A stretch of DNA of 63,084 nt, the filler included, from Patellaria atrata CBS 101060 (Eukaryota), in NCBI GenBank assembly GCA_010093705.1. It is 5 parts of 5 records of this genome, joined end to end, with 100 filler letters (N's around TTAATTAATTAA, not from the genome) between each part and the next. Parts side by side here need not be neighbours in the genome. Positions count along the whole stretch, not along the records: positions 35,762 to 50,878 come from MU006118.1; positions 50,979 to 59,254 come from MU006119.1; positions 59,355 to 63,084 come from MU006122.1; 2 more parts are not named here. One strand, given 5' to 3'. Both the position numbers and the translations under genes were made by a program. Numbering within the stretch: the first letter of the stretch is position 1; the number at the start of each line of letters is the position of its first letter. Below are positions 50,501-63,084 of this stretch, one piece after another. The notes under the pieces are model-generated. The model was not told where the DNA came from. It was given only the letters and a program-made list of their open reading frames with translations, and ran no database searches.

Positions 50501-50878
50501 GGGGCGGTGGAAGGAAGCCGAAGGGTTGGAGGTGCAAGCGATAGAGACGAGCTCGAGAGTGCTTGGGGACGAGCATCCAGACACACTGACCAGCATGGCT
50601 AACTTGGCGTCAACGTTTTGGAATCAGGCGCGGTGGAAGGAAGCCGAAGAGCTCGAGGTGCAATTGATGGAGACGAGGAAGAGAGTACTTGGGGATGAGT
50701 ATCCAGACACGCTGACCAGCATGGCCAACCTGGCGTCGACGTACAGAAATCAGGCGCGATGGAAGGAAGCTGAAGAGCTAGACGTGCAAGTGATGGAGAC
50801 GAGAAAGAGGGTGCTTGGGGACGAGCATCCTTCCACGCTGACCGGCATGGCCAACCTGGCGTCGACGTACAGGAATCA
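47514..50878 (+). CDS. Fungal NLR: HET domain - NB-ARC - TPR repeats (C-terminus lost in gap)
   Basis: HET motifs PYAILSHRW, FWIDTCCIDK, AINSMFHWY, WFTRGWTLQELIAP. P-loop GPRGIGKS, Walker B LLIFDN, YLPLAIVQA, LHQLVH. At least 10 full 42-aa HPDTLTSMANLASTYRNQGRWKEAEEL repeats. Confidence 0.93.
49565..50878 (+). repeat. 126-bp tandem coding repeat array (TPR), 10 full units plus a partial
   Basis: Near-identical 126-nt units seen directly in the sequence; also the cause of the spurious repeat ORFs in other frames. Confidence 0.92.
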
Positions 50879-50978
50879 NNNNNNNNNNNNNNNNNNNNNN
50901 NNNNNNNNNNNNNNNNNNNNNNTTAATTAATTAANNNNNNNNNNNNNNNNNNNNNNNNNNNNNNNNNNNNNNNNNNNN

Positions 50979-51253
50979 AGTGTTTATATAATGACAGACC
51001 ACCTTATTGATTAACCCTTTAACGTCACGAAGCCTAGCTACGTAATCTCCAAATCAAGGCGAACATAACGATACTACCTACGTCAGATATAAAATAAGAG
51101 ATGACATCAAAAGAGTGAGCTAATGTTATAGTTTTGGTGATACTTAACCGATAAGTCGGAGCTGAGCATTTAGCTCTGAAGATCTCCAACACGAACTCCT
51201 GGAGATCCTGACGATCTTCCAACATAAGGCTATCGGGGATCAGCCATCTGACA
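50979..51253. mobile_element. LTR family B copy (truncated by gap)
   Basis: Matches 33420-33694 and ends ...CATCTGACA. Confidence 0.85.
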
Positions 51254-54200
51254 AGAATTAATACCCCGATAGCTCTATTATTTAACATTTATTCTCGATT
51301 TCTTCTCTTATTATCCACCTTCTCTTACGCTAATCTTTTCTTTACTCTCGACCTTAAATAGTCTCCCTAGCTTCCCTACTCCCGTAAACTTCTAATATTG
51401 CACGCCCTCTATCTATAATCTCTCTTCTACTATATCTCGTCTTCTATATAGCCGGCGGCCTTTTATACTACTTTAAGCGTGTTCCTTACGATAGTGCTTA
51501 TATATATTTATAATCCTTTAGTATATATAGCCGTATAATCGTATATCTACTATCTTTACCGTACACTTTATTCTATTATCGTGTACTAGTAATCCTAGGA
51601 CCGAAGCTAAGCTTAACGCTAGCTAAACCACCTAATTATCTATTTTAGTTAATCCTCTAATACCGGCTACGAATTAAGCGATCTCCCGCCTAGTTCTAAG
51701 AGTTAAGTGGCTATATCTTACTACTAGATACGTATTATAATATATTACTAGATATCTAACCTAGTACTCCCTATAGATAATAATACTACACTTTAATAAA
51801 ATAGTAAAGAGTTAATAGAATTAGTCTATATCACTAGGATTAATTAGTAAAATATTATATAGTAAAATATAGTCTAGTACCTTAATTTATAAATTATATA
51901 GAAGTAAAACTCTTATAAAATAGGTACGTCGTACTATAATTTAGAGGCTTATTTTATACTTAGCGCTTTAGATATATAAACTAGGAAAACTAAAATATTA
52001 CTCTAATTACTTAAGATTAAGGTGAACTAATAATAGAGGGTATATCTCGATAATTAGGTAAGATATTAAGGCTACGAGCGTATTAATAGATTCTTAAAGC
52101 TTACGCGTAGGATATTATTAACTTAGATTCCCGAAATTTAATAGTTTAGGGTATATATTATTTTAAAGAAAGATATAAATAATATATACCCCCTATCTTC
52201 GCTAGGCACGGGCTATAATTAAATAATATATACTATATATTATTTAGGGATTATAGTTAAGATCGTTAATTAGTATTATTAATACTTCTATTATTAGCTT
52301 TAATATAAAGTCTCTATTTAGGGTTTCTCGTTTTCCGAATCTAACTCTAAATTAGACTTTAAGCTTTAATACTCGTCTTTCTAGACTAACTTTATTTTAG
52401 TTATTTTCTTTAATCCTCGGTATTCTAACGCTTTATATCCGGCTTTACCGTAATTAAAGTAGTTACTTATAAACTTCCGAATAATTATAGTCTACTCCGT
52501 CACTTATAGTATTATAAATAAGATAATTTTGTTACGGCCACAAGTTGTAGGAACGTGTAGACAACGAGTGAGGGGAAAGTAGGAACACCACTCGGGAGAA
52601 CCACGGATGAAACCAGTAACAAAGGGGTCACGTGACTAGAAACTGTGGACGCAATGGACGCAAAGGACGCAAGGGGGGATCCACGTCCACCACGTCCAAG
52701 ACGTCCAGGTTATGGACGTAGTGGACGTAAAGGACGTAGAAGGAGATCTACGTCTAGAACGGCCACCACGTCCAAAAGGGTGTAAGCACCCCAAATTGAC
52801 TATAGAGGATAGGAATATTTAAGGACGGTCTTTCCCTTATGTATTTAGATTCTTCGTAGTTATTCTTACCATCAATCTTACCCATAGATTTGGATGTTAC
52901 GGTTTTGAACTTGACTTCACTTGTTACACTGTTTCCATACAGTACGTCTTGTCTCTTTGTGAGCATTACCCGAAGTCAAGGAGTCAGCAAGTTGTATCGT
53001 CAACTTGAAGTGCCTTTTGTTATACGTATCCTATCACTTTGCCAAACCTACCTTTATGGTTGACCACGTTAAGTGAGAAGCTAGGCGCGTTTCTAGACTT
53101 ATCCAGTTCCGTCTTAATAAGTATAGACTCCCGTTATAACAAATTTCTCTACTTTTTAATCGATATAAAGTTTTATTTATCGTTATTAAGATAGAAGTTA
53201 TTCTAATTAGTTTATTATATTTTTAACTCTCTTTATAAACCTTATTAGCTTTACTTAACCTTTCTAACTCTCGTGTCTATATTATAACTTTATTATAGTA
53301 CTTCTAAAAGTTAATTTTATCGTTATCTATAGCTTCCGCTATTATTAGCCTTAGACTATTATAAAGTCTATTATAAAGTTCCTCTTTCTATTAGTCGTAT
53401 AATAATTTAGCTTTATTAGCTAGTCGGATAAACGTAGACTAGAATTTTAGAAAGTCTATTAAATAGTCTTATCTTAACTTCTTTAATTTATCTTTAGCTT
53501 TTAGTCGCTTATTTAAATTCTTATAGATTTAATCTAGAAATCTTATTAACTTTATTAAGATTATATTATCCTCCTCCGATTTTAAGAAAGGATATATATA
53601 TTTAGTTACCTCGCTATTAATCTTTATCTTAATATAGGTAGTCTTTATTCTTTTATCTTAAAATTAGTCGCTATTAATATAAAGTTTATCGTTTATTTTA
53701 CTTTTCTACTTCTTATAAGTTAGCTTTTTATTATCGGTTAATTCTAATAGATTAAGGAACTTTTTTATCTTATTATTATCTTTACTTTTAAAGCTTCCGG
53801 TTAAGTCGACTATTCTAGCTTAATTATTATAATTATATAATATTAATAATTCTTTATTATTAGATTTATCGTCGAATTAGATACTCTTTTAATTTAGTTT
53901 AAACTATTTAGTTTATCTCTTTAAATTATCGATTTTATTTTAAAGATATTTTATAGTTTCTTCGTTCGCTTAATATATTTATAGCTTTAGCTATAAGTCG
54001 GGTATTATCTTATTAATAAGGTTTATTATCTTTCCGAGTTATATCTCTTAAGCTATAAGCTTCACTCTCGTATAAAGATACTTTATTACGAATTAATCTA
54101 AGTTTTTAGCTACCTATTTCTTCGCTTTATCGATTATATCGATATTTTAATCGTCTATAATAGTAGTATATCTAAGAGGCTTCTCTTCTTCTATTATTCC

Positions 54201-54667
54201 GGGGATTCCTCTTAGTAGATTCTATAGATCCACTTCTAAAATATCGTTAGTAATTTACTAGTTAACTACTTTTAGCGTTAATCTATATTAGTATATTTTT
54301 CCTTTTCCTTTTAATCTAATACTACTCTCTACTTCTAAATTTATAGTTAATTTATTACCTATTTACTTCGCTAAGATTATTAAAGATTTAACTATTTTAT
54401 TTAGTTTACTATAATATTTACTTCTCTAAATAATTTATATTCGTTAGTCTTAATCTCTTTTAAATATTAGGTTATTATTATTATTAGCGTTAATACTCTT
54501 AGATATTAGATATCTTATTATTAATAGAGCTTAGCTACTTATAAATTCTTAATTAGTCTGATAATTATTCATCGACTAGACTAATATTATACTTTAGTTA
54601 AAATATTATATCACTTTTCTAAAGGCCGTTAAAGGTGAACTTAATCTAGTATAATAATATAATATAG
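51254..54667 (-). mobile_element. Heavily RIP-mutated copy of gypsy family G1
   Basis: 52321-52529 and 53147-54667 align collinearly with 38529-40258, and the differences are almost all C>T or G>A. Confidence 0.85.
52530..53141 (+). mobile_element. Solo LTR (612 bp, TGTTACGGCCACA family) with AATTT TSD
   Basis: TGTTA...TAACA termini. AATTT at 52525-52529 and 53142-53146. Internal GGACG/CACGTCC short repeats. Confidence 0.8.
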
Positions 54668-57600
54668 TGTTACGGCCACAAGTTGTAGAAGCATGAAGAC
54701 CACGAGTGAGGGGAAGAAGGAACACCACTCGGAGGAACTACGGGTGAAACCCGTAGACNNNNNNNNNNNNNNNNNNNNNNNNNNNNNNNNNNNNNNNNNN
54801 NNNNNNNNNNNNNNNNNNNNNNNNNNNNNNNNNNNNNNNNNNNNNNNNNNNNNNNNNNNNNNNNNNNNNNNNNNNNNNNNNNNNNNNNNNNNNNNNNNNN
54901 NNNNNNNNNNNNNNNNNNNNNNNNNNNNNNNNNNNNNNNNNNNNNNNNNNNNNNNNNNNNNNNNNNNNNNNNNNNNNNNNNNNNNNNNNNNNNNNNNNNN
55001 NNNNNNNNNNNNNNNNNNNNNNNNNNNNNNNNNNNNNNNNNNNNNNNNNNNNNNNNNNNNNNNNNNNNNNNNNNNNNNNNNNNNNNNNNNNNNNNNNNNN
55101 NNNNNNNNNNNNNNNNNNNNNNNNNNNNNNNNNNNNNNNNNNNNNNNNNNNNNNNNNNNNNNNNNNNNNNNNNNNNNNNNNNNNNNNNNNNNNNNNNNNN
55201 NNNNNNNNNNNNNNNNNNNNNNNNNNNNNNNNNNNNNNNNNNNNNNNNNNNNNNNNNNNNNNNNNNNNNNNNNNNNNNNNNNNNNNNNNNNNNAGTAGGA
55301 AAGCGTATAACAGACCTAGACACGATGTCGTCAGCCGCAGCCAACACGAAGACGGATAAAGAACATATCCAAGCGTTGTATAAACGCATCAGCGAACTCG
55401 AGAATGAGGGAACAGTCCAAGAACTTAGGGATCAGCTCGAACAACTTACCGTACAGTTGCTTTCACCACAAAAGCGAACCGCGAAAGTCAAAGAACCCGC
55501 ACCATACGATGGCAAACGAGACGAGCTGAGAGGATTCTTAACCCAGGTGAGGATCTATCATAAAAGAATAGGGCTAACGGACGACAGTGAACGTGTACTC
55601 GATGCATCAGCGTACCTTAAAGGAGACGCTTTGGAATGGTTCGAACCCATTGCACGAGACTATCTTGAGAACAGTGAAGAACACCAGGAAGACGAAACAG
55701 TTGAGATCTTCAAGTCGTTTCCAAAGTTCGAAGAGACGCTAAAGAACGTCTTTGGGGAAGTCGACGAACAACAGGCAGCAGAAAGAAAGCTTCAAGGACT
55801 CAGGCAGAAAGGGTCAGCTTCGAAGTATGCGACTACATTCCAGCAGGCAGCATCAACATTGGGTTGGCCTGATGAACCACTGATGATTGCTTTCTATCAA
55901 GGTTTGAAGGAAGAAGTAAAGGACGAGTGGGTTCATTATGAGAGACCAACGACCATGCAGGACGCAGTGACCTTAGCAGTTAGAATAGATAATAGGTTGT
56001 ATGAGCGTAGACAGGAAAAGGGAGGACGGAAGAATGTTGTGGTTGGGTACAGAAAGAAGGCAACAAGGGCCACAAACAGACAAGATCAGGGAGACCCGAT
56101 GGACCTCGACCGACTATAACAGACAAAATAAAAGAAGTCGAAGAAACAACGACAGTTCACCCAAGAAGAAAAAGAACGCTTCGCGAGCAGAGCGTGTCTA
56201 CAATGCGGAGAGGTAGGACACTTCAAGAGAGACTGTCCACAAAAGGCACCATCACCCTCACGACACAACCGACGTATGCAACTCAGAGTCATGCACCTGA
56301 CACCACCATCACCAGTCTCGTCACTCGAAGAAGAAGAGATTGAAGAAACGCCACTACCATACCAGACGGGGGTAAGTAGACCACCGACACCATTTCCAAC
56401 AGCAGGGAACTGGCTAGGAGAGGAAACACTCCGACAACGTTTAGACCATCAACAGTGTTGGGCGTGCGGAAACGTACACGCACACACAGCATCAGAATGC
56501 CCAGCACAGAATCAGGGTCAGAGGATCAGAGTACAAACATCTAACGGACCAAGCCTCATATACCGGATTATGGAACAACAACGTCAGCTTGAACAAGAGT
56601 TCCGAGATTGGGAACCGATCGAACCCGAATCCGATGCCGACGTGATCGTCGAAGAACAACAATTGAACCTTGCACCAAGAGCAGAAGACTGTTTAGCCTT
56701 TCGATGGATGCAATGTAAAGAGGGTGACTGTTTATACCATAAACAGCAGAGGGCTACAGCAAAGTTCAGGGACCGAGACCCTACACATATGCATTTACCT
56801 GAAAGCGAGTGCCAGGTAAAAGGGTGCAAAACACACGAAGGTGAAACGAAAACACTTGAAAAGAACCGAGGACTCGAACCACCAGTAGGCGACTGTGGAA
56901 AGTATGACAGTTTCAGTTGCACGGACAAACTGAAGTGCAGACGACATTACTGGGCGCTAATCCACGCAGAATGTGTAGCAGCAACGTGGGTAGATTGCGA
57001 ATATGGCACAGATTGCTGGTACCATAGAGGATTAGAAGAAGAGTTCTATAAAGGAAAAGTGTTCCCATGGGAAACAGAAGGGTTTAGAGACGAAAGAGAA
57101 ACCATCGAGCAAGCCACTAGATGTGACGCGACAGACTTTGGGCAATGCGCCATTAGAGGGATGTGGTGCGATTACCATACCGCGCAAAGATGGAGAGCAG
57201 GAATCAAAAGTAACCCAAGTCACAACGCAGTTATTAAACGAGAGTGTCGAGAATTGGAATGCGAGGAACATCGTAAAGGTCCATATTACGACCGACACGA
57301 CAGACTACACTGGACCGTGTGCGTAGAATCCGGTTGCCCGGTACATGGCTATGCAAAAAACTACTAAGCCACTCGAGATAGGAACGATCGAGAAGTATGG
57401 CTCCTAAGTTCCTTAGAACCCTACGAAGTAACGACAGAACGCTTTGGGTAGACGTTACCATACACGGCAAGAGAACGACAGCGCTAGTTGATAGTGGCGC
57501 CACCGATTCGTTCATCTCACCCCGATGGGTAGAAAAGAAGAGTATACCTTACACGAAACTTGAAAATCCAGTCCCGTTGCGACTAGGAAATGGCGAAGGA

Positions 57601-59254
57601 ACAGGATATGGACGAGGTCTGATCAACTTTAGGACCATACCGGTAGAAGTCAACGTACAAGGGAAGGTAACTACTCAGCGCATCCCCATAACCGACCTGG
57701 GAGATGTAGATATGATTCTAGGGATGGACTGGTTACAAACAGTGAACCCAGATATTGACTAGAAGACGAGAAGTATCCAGATTGACCAAGACACCTCACG
57801 AAAGGACAGAGTCAAGCGAACAGGACGTACTAAGCAGACGGACGCTAGCATATCCGTAGGACGTATTTCGCACTGCAAGATGATGAAGATCTGCAGAAAC
57901 AAACCCAAGAGCGTAGGAGCAGTATAGCTCAGGAAAATAGACGCTAAGAAGGTTTCCGAAGAACCCAAGATACCCGAAGAGTATAGCGAGTTCAAAGATT
58001 TGTTTAAGGAAGACATAGCGACTGTACTTCCGGATCACCAGACGTGGGATCATGAAATAGTGCTAAAGGAGGGTGCGAAACTACGACCCGGTCCGATTTA
58101 CCCGTTGACAAGAGAACAACATAAAGCACTCGAAGAGTATATCCGCACCAACTTAGAAAAGGGATATATACGACCTAGCGAAAGCCCGATGGCTTCACCA
58201 ATTCTATTCGTACCAAAGAAGAATGGCAAGCTGAGATTATGTGTCGACTATAGACAGCTAAACGATGCCACGGTCAAGAATAGATACCCATTGCCCTTGA
58301 TCTCAGAAATCCAAGACAGGTTACAAGGAGCAAAATGGTTTACGAAATTCGATATCCGAGACGGTTACTATCGAATCAGAATGAAAGAAGGCGAAGAATG
58401 GAAGACAGCCATGAGAACGAGGTTCGGACTGTACGAATACACAGTAATGCCGTTCGGCTTGACCAACGCCCCAGCAACGTTCCAAGCAGTGATCAATCAT
58501 GCACTGAGAGAGTATTTGGACGTATTTGTAACTGCTTACCTAGATGATGTGCTAGTGTACACGAACGGAACATTCGAAGAGCACAGGGAGCACGTGAAGA
58601 AAGTATTGACGAAACTACGAGAAAAGAGACTCCTAGTACACCCAGACAAGTGTGAATTCCATGTTAAAGAAACGGAATTCCTAGGCTTCATCGTTACCAC
58701 TGAAGGCATACGAGCAGACCCAAAAAAGATAGCCGTAATCCAAGATTGGCCAACACCGAAAAACGTAAAAGATGTACAATCGTTTTTAGGTTTCGCGAAC
58801 TACTATAGAAAGTTCATCCAGGGGTACTCGAAGGTAACAACGCCGCTGTCAGAGTTAACAAAGAAGGAAAATGCCTTCGTTTGGACAGAGAAGGCACAGG
58901 AAGCATTCGACGAACTTAAGAAGAAGTTCACCATAGCACCTATCTTAGTCATGTTTGACCCAGAGAAATCGATAGTGCTAGAGACTGACGCATCTGATTA
59001 TGCACTAGGTGCATGTATAAGTCAGCCAGATGAGAAAGGACGACTACACCCAGTAGCCTTTCATTCACGGAAATTCACGGCCGCAGAGCTAAATTACGAC
59101 GTACACGACAAAGAATTGTTAGCAATCGTCGACGCATTTGAACAGTGGAGGTCATACCTTGAAGGACCCAAGTTCACTGTAAAAGTTTGGTCAGACCATC
59201 AAAACCTGACAAACTTCCTCACAACAAAGAAGTTGAATCGAAGACAAGTAAGAT
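54668..59254 (+). mobile_element. Ty3/gypsy retrotransposon (family G2): 5' LTR from 54668, gag 55325-57367, pol in -1 frame (protease, RT, RNase H), lightly RIPed
   Basis: Retrotrans_gag LRQKGSASKY, DPMDLD, CLQCGEVGHFKRDC knuckle, protease ALVDSGAT, RT LRLCVDYRQLN / AYLDDVLVY, RNase H ETDASDYALG. Premature stops at 56117, 56129 and 57760. Confidence 0.92.
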
Positions 59255-59354
59255 NNNNNNNNNNNNNNNNNNNNNNNNNNNNNNNNNNNNNNNNNNNNTT
59301 AATTAATTAANNNNNNNNNNNNNNNNNNNNNNNNNNNNNNNNNNNNNNNNNNNN

Positions 59355-62300
59355 AATTATTAATTTTTTATAATAAATTTATTTATTTTTTTATTTTTTT
59401 TTTAAATTTTAATAGAAAATAATTATTAATAATTTATTAAATAAATTTTATATTAATATTATTTATTAAAATATTATAATATATTTTAAAGTTAATCTTT
59501 TTTATTTAAATCTTTAAAATTTTATTTTTATTATTTATTATTTATCGATTTTTTTAAAAATATTTTTAAATATTTCTTTAAACTTTAAAAATAATATAAA
59601 AATTTTAATTATTTTATTTTTTTATTTTTTTTTATTATTTTTAAAATAATTTTATATAATAGATTTAAATTATTTTAAAATATTTTCTTTAAAATATATT
59701 AATATAATAAATATATATTTATTATTATTTATTAATTTTATTTTTTTATAATAAATTTTTATTTAAATTAAAAATCTTTTTAATTTATTTTATTTATTAT
59801 TATATAATATAAATTTTTTAATTTTTATAATTTATTTCTATAATAATAATAATTATATAATAAATTATTTAAATTAATTTTTAAATTTTTAAATTATTTT
59901 TTTATTTTTAAATTTATTAATAAATTTATATAATATTTAAATATATTTTTTATCTATTTTTATATTAATTATAATTAATAATATTATATTTAAATCTATT
60001 ATATATTTTTCTATTATATAATAATTATAATATTATAATAAAAGTTTATATTTATTAAAATAAAATTAAATAAATTTAGAAATATATTTAACTTTTTATT
60101 TAATATAATTAATTATTAAAAGAAATTTAATAAAATAATAAAATATATATAATAAAAATATTTTAAATTATTAATATAATTTATTAACTTTTTAATTTTA
60201 GAAAATATTTATAATAAAATAAAATATATTATATAAAAATAATATAATAAATAAAATTAAATTTAAATTATAATATTTAAATTTATAAATAAAATTAATA
60301 ATAAAAATAATTATAAAAAATTTAAATATTTAAAAAAAAAACTATTTTTTAATATTTCTATTTTTTATAATTAATTTAATATATTTATATTTTAATTATT
60401 TTAATTATTTAATTATTTAATTATTTAATTATTATTTATAACTAAAATATTTAAATATTTAAATATTTAAATTATATAATTCTTTTTAATTCTTTTAATT
60501 TTTTAATTATTTAATTATTTTTTATAATTAAAATATTTAAATATTTAAATATTTATATTATATAATTTATTATTATTTATTTTATCTATAATTTTTTTAA
60601 ATAATATTTTTTCTTTCTTTTATTTATTATTTATATATTTTTATAATTTATAATTATAATAATAATAAATAAAAAAGTATATAAAATATTAAAATTTTAT
60701 TCTTTAAATAATAATTCTTAAAATTTTAATTAAAGTAACTTTTATAATTATTTAAAATAAATAATTAATATATTTTTATTATATATATCTTTATATATAT
60801 ATTAAAATACTTTAATTATTTAAAATTAAATATATTATTTATTTAATTATTTTTAAAGATTAAAATTTTCTAATTATATAATAAATTTATTTTTTTATAT
60901 TATATAAAAATATAAATATAATCTTTATTAATAATAAAAAGTAAAATTATATATTTTATAATATAAATATTTTAAATAATTATAATTTATTTTTAATTAT
61001 CTAATTAAATAAAATTAAATTTTATATATTTTTTTATATTTATAATAATATTTATTAATTTAATTATATTTATTTAAAAGTTATTTTTATTAAAATTATA
61101 GATATTATTATTATAAATTTTATATTTAATTTTTATCTTTTTAATAAATTTAAATTATATATTAATTATTTTAAAATTTTTTTAAAATTTTTTTAAATAA
61201 TTTTTTATTTAATTAAAAACTATTTTTAATTTATTTTAATATATTATAAATTTTTTAAATTAATTTTTATTTATTTACTTTATATTTTATATATTTAATA
61301 GTTTATTTACTATATTTATTATTTTATATAATTAAAATATAAATTCTTATAAATAAAAATTAAAAATATATTAAATAATTATTTACTTTTTAATTTTAAT
61401 AAATTTTTAATAATTAAATTAATAATTAATTTAAATAAAAATTTAATTATATTTTTATTAAAACTTTTATAAATATATATTATATATAATAATAATATAT
61501 TATAAATTTTAAAATTAATCTTTTTTATAAATTTAAAATATAAACTTTATTTAATTTTTTTTATTAAATTTTATTATTTTATTATTATTAAAATATTTTA
61601 TATTATAATAAAGATAATAATTATTAAAAAATTCTATAATATTTTATAATATATAATATTTTATAATACTTTATATTTAATAAAAAATTATTAAAAAATA
61701 TTTTAAAAAATTTTTAAAATAATTAATATATAATTTAAATATAATAAAGATAAAAGTTTAATATAATATTTATAATAATAATAATATAAAATATTATTAA
61801 ATATTATATATTATTAAATATTATAAAATTTTTTAATATAAATAATTTATTATAAAAAATATTAAATTAATTATTATAAAATAGAAAATTTATATAATTT
61901 ATATTTATATTAAATTTAAAAATCTTTTTTAAATTCTTTTTATATATTTAAATATTATATTTAATCTTTTTATAATTTTTATAATATTATATAATTATTT
62001 AAATTATTTTAAATTATTATTATTTTAAATCTTTTTTAATTATTAAAATATTATAAATATTTTTATAAATATTTTTATTAATATTTTATTCTATTTTATT
62101 ATATTTTTATATTAAATTTATTTTTATTTATATATTTTTCTTTTAATTATTATTATTAATTACTTTTTAAATTTAATAATATAAATATTTATAAAAATAT
62201 TTTTATATATTATTAATTTAACTTTTTTTATAAATTATATAAATTTAAATTAAACTATAATAAATAATTTAATAATAAAATTTTATATAAACTTTAATTA

Positions 62301-63084
62301 TAATTTAAATTTAAATATATTATTTAAAGTTTTTAATTATTATTATATTTATAATAATAAAAATTTTAATAAAATTTATAAATATATTTTAAAATAATTT
62401 AATATTATTTATATATTAATAGAAATAAAGTTTAATATTTTAAAGATTTTACGATAATTCTTTTTTATAAATATATTAAAAAATATATTTTTAAAAATTA
62501 ATAAAAAGCTCTTTTTAATAATATAAAAAATATATTAATATATTAAATCTTAAATATATTAAAATTATTTATATTTTAATAGTAAAAAGTAAATTATATT
62601 AAATTATTAAAATATATATAATAAATAAAAAAGTATATAAAATATTAAAATTTTATTTTTTAAATAATAATTTTTAAAATTTTAATTAAAATAACTTTTA
62701 TATATTATAATTATAAATTATAAAGATATATAAATAATAAATAAAGAAAAAAAAGAAATATTATTTAAAAAAAATTATAAATAAAATAAATAATAATAAA
62801 TTATATAATTTAAATATTTAAATATTTAGATATTTTAATTATAAAAAATAATTAAATAATAAAATAATTAAATAATTAAATAATTAAAATTATTAAAAGA
62901 GATTATATAATTTATATATTTAAATATTTAAATATTTTAATTATAAAGAATAATTAAATAATTAAATAATTAAAATAATTAAAATATAAATAATTAAATT
63001 AATTATAAAAAATAAAAATATTTAAAAATAATTTTTCTTTTATATATTTAAATTTTTTATAATTATTTTTATTATTAATTTTAT
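59355..63084. mobile_element. Terminally RIP-degraded, almost pure A/T transposon relic, including an inverted G2 gag/5' LTR (59355-~60661) and another G2-type LTR from ~62703
   Basis: The purine/pyrimidine pattern of 59900-60015 matches the reverse complement of 55295-55410. TATTATAATTATAAATT at 62703 is TGTTACGGCCACAAGTT after C>T and G>A changes. Confidence 0.75.

Noticed and set aside
49681..50602. Long repetitive ORFs in alternative frames (301 aa minus, 283 aa plus)
   Set aside because: Shadows of the GC-rich 126-bp TPR coding repeats.

Overview
Fungal (filamentous ascomycete, Pezizomycotina-type) draft genomic DNA with two compartments. 1-29.5 kb is gene-dense and has spliceosomal introns. 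It holds an intact, intronless, non-mobile rvt-type cellular reverse transcriptase gene (590-3313, minus), an intron-containing tRNA-Phe(GAA), SEC14, acrB, a hotdog-fold thioesterase, an LYR-motif protein, a methyltransferase-like protein, CCR4, a DUF2434-like membrane protein, a CCCH/FG nucleoporin (Nup42/Amo1-like) and SKI3. 29.5-63 kb is a gapped nest of transposons: a Ty1/copia element, two Ty3/gypsy families, a hAT DNA transposon and several solo LTRs, showing all stages of RIP decay up to almost pure A/T sequence. Three apparently intact non-TE genes sit in the nest: a HET-NB-ARC-TPR NLR immune receptor, a type-I membrane protein and an unannotated 3-exon orphan gene. Most notable: (i) rvt with a Gcn4/CPC-1 site, a structured AUG-free leader and an upstream co-oriented tRNA; (ii) an apparent single-nucleotide exon in the thioesterase gene; (iii) a gypsy Gag with seven tandem Cys/His finger-like repeats ahead of a -1 frameshift site; (iv) the NLR repeat array that has escaped RIP. 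N-TTAATTAATTAA-N linkers are assembly artefacts, so adjacency across them is uncertain. All calls come from reading the sequence by eye; no searches were run.
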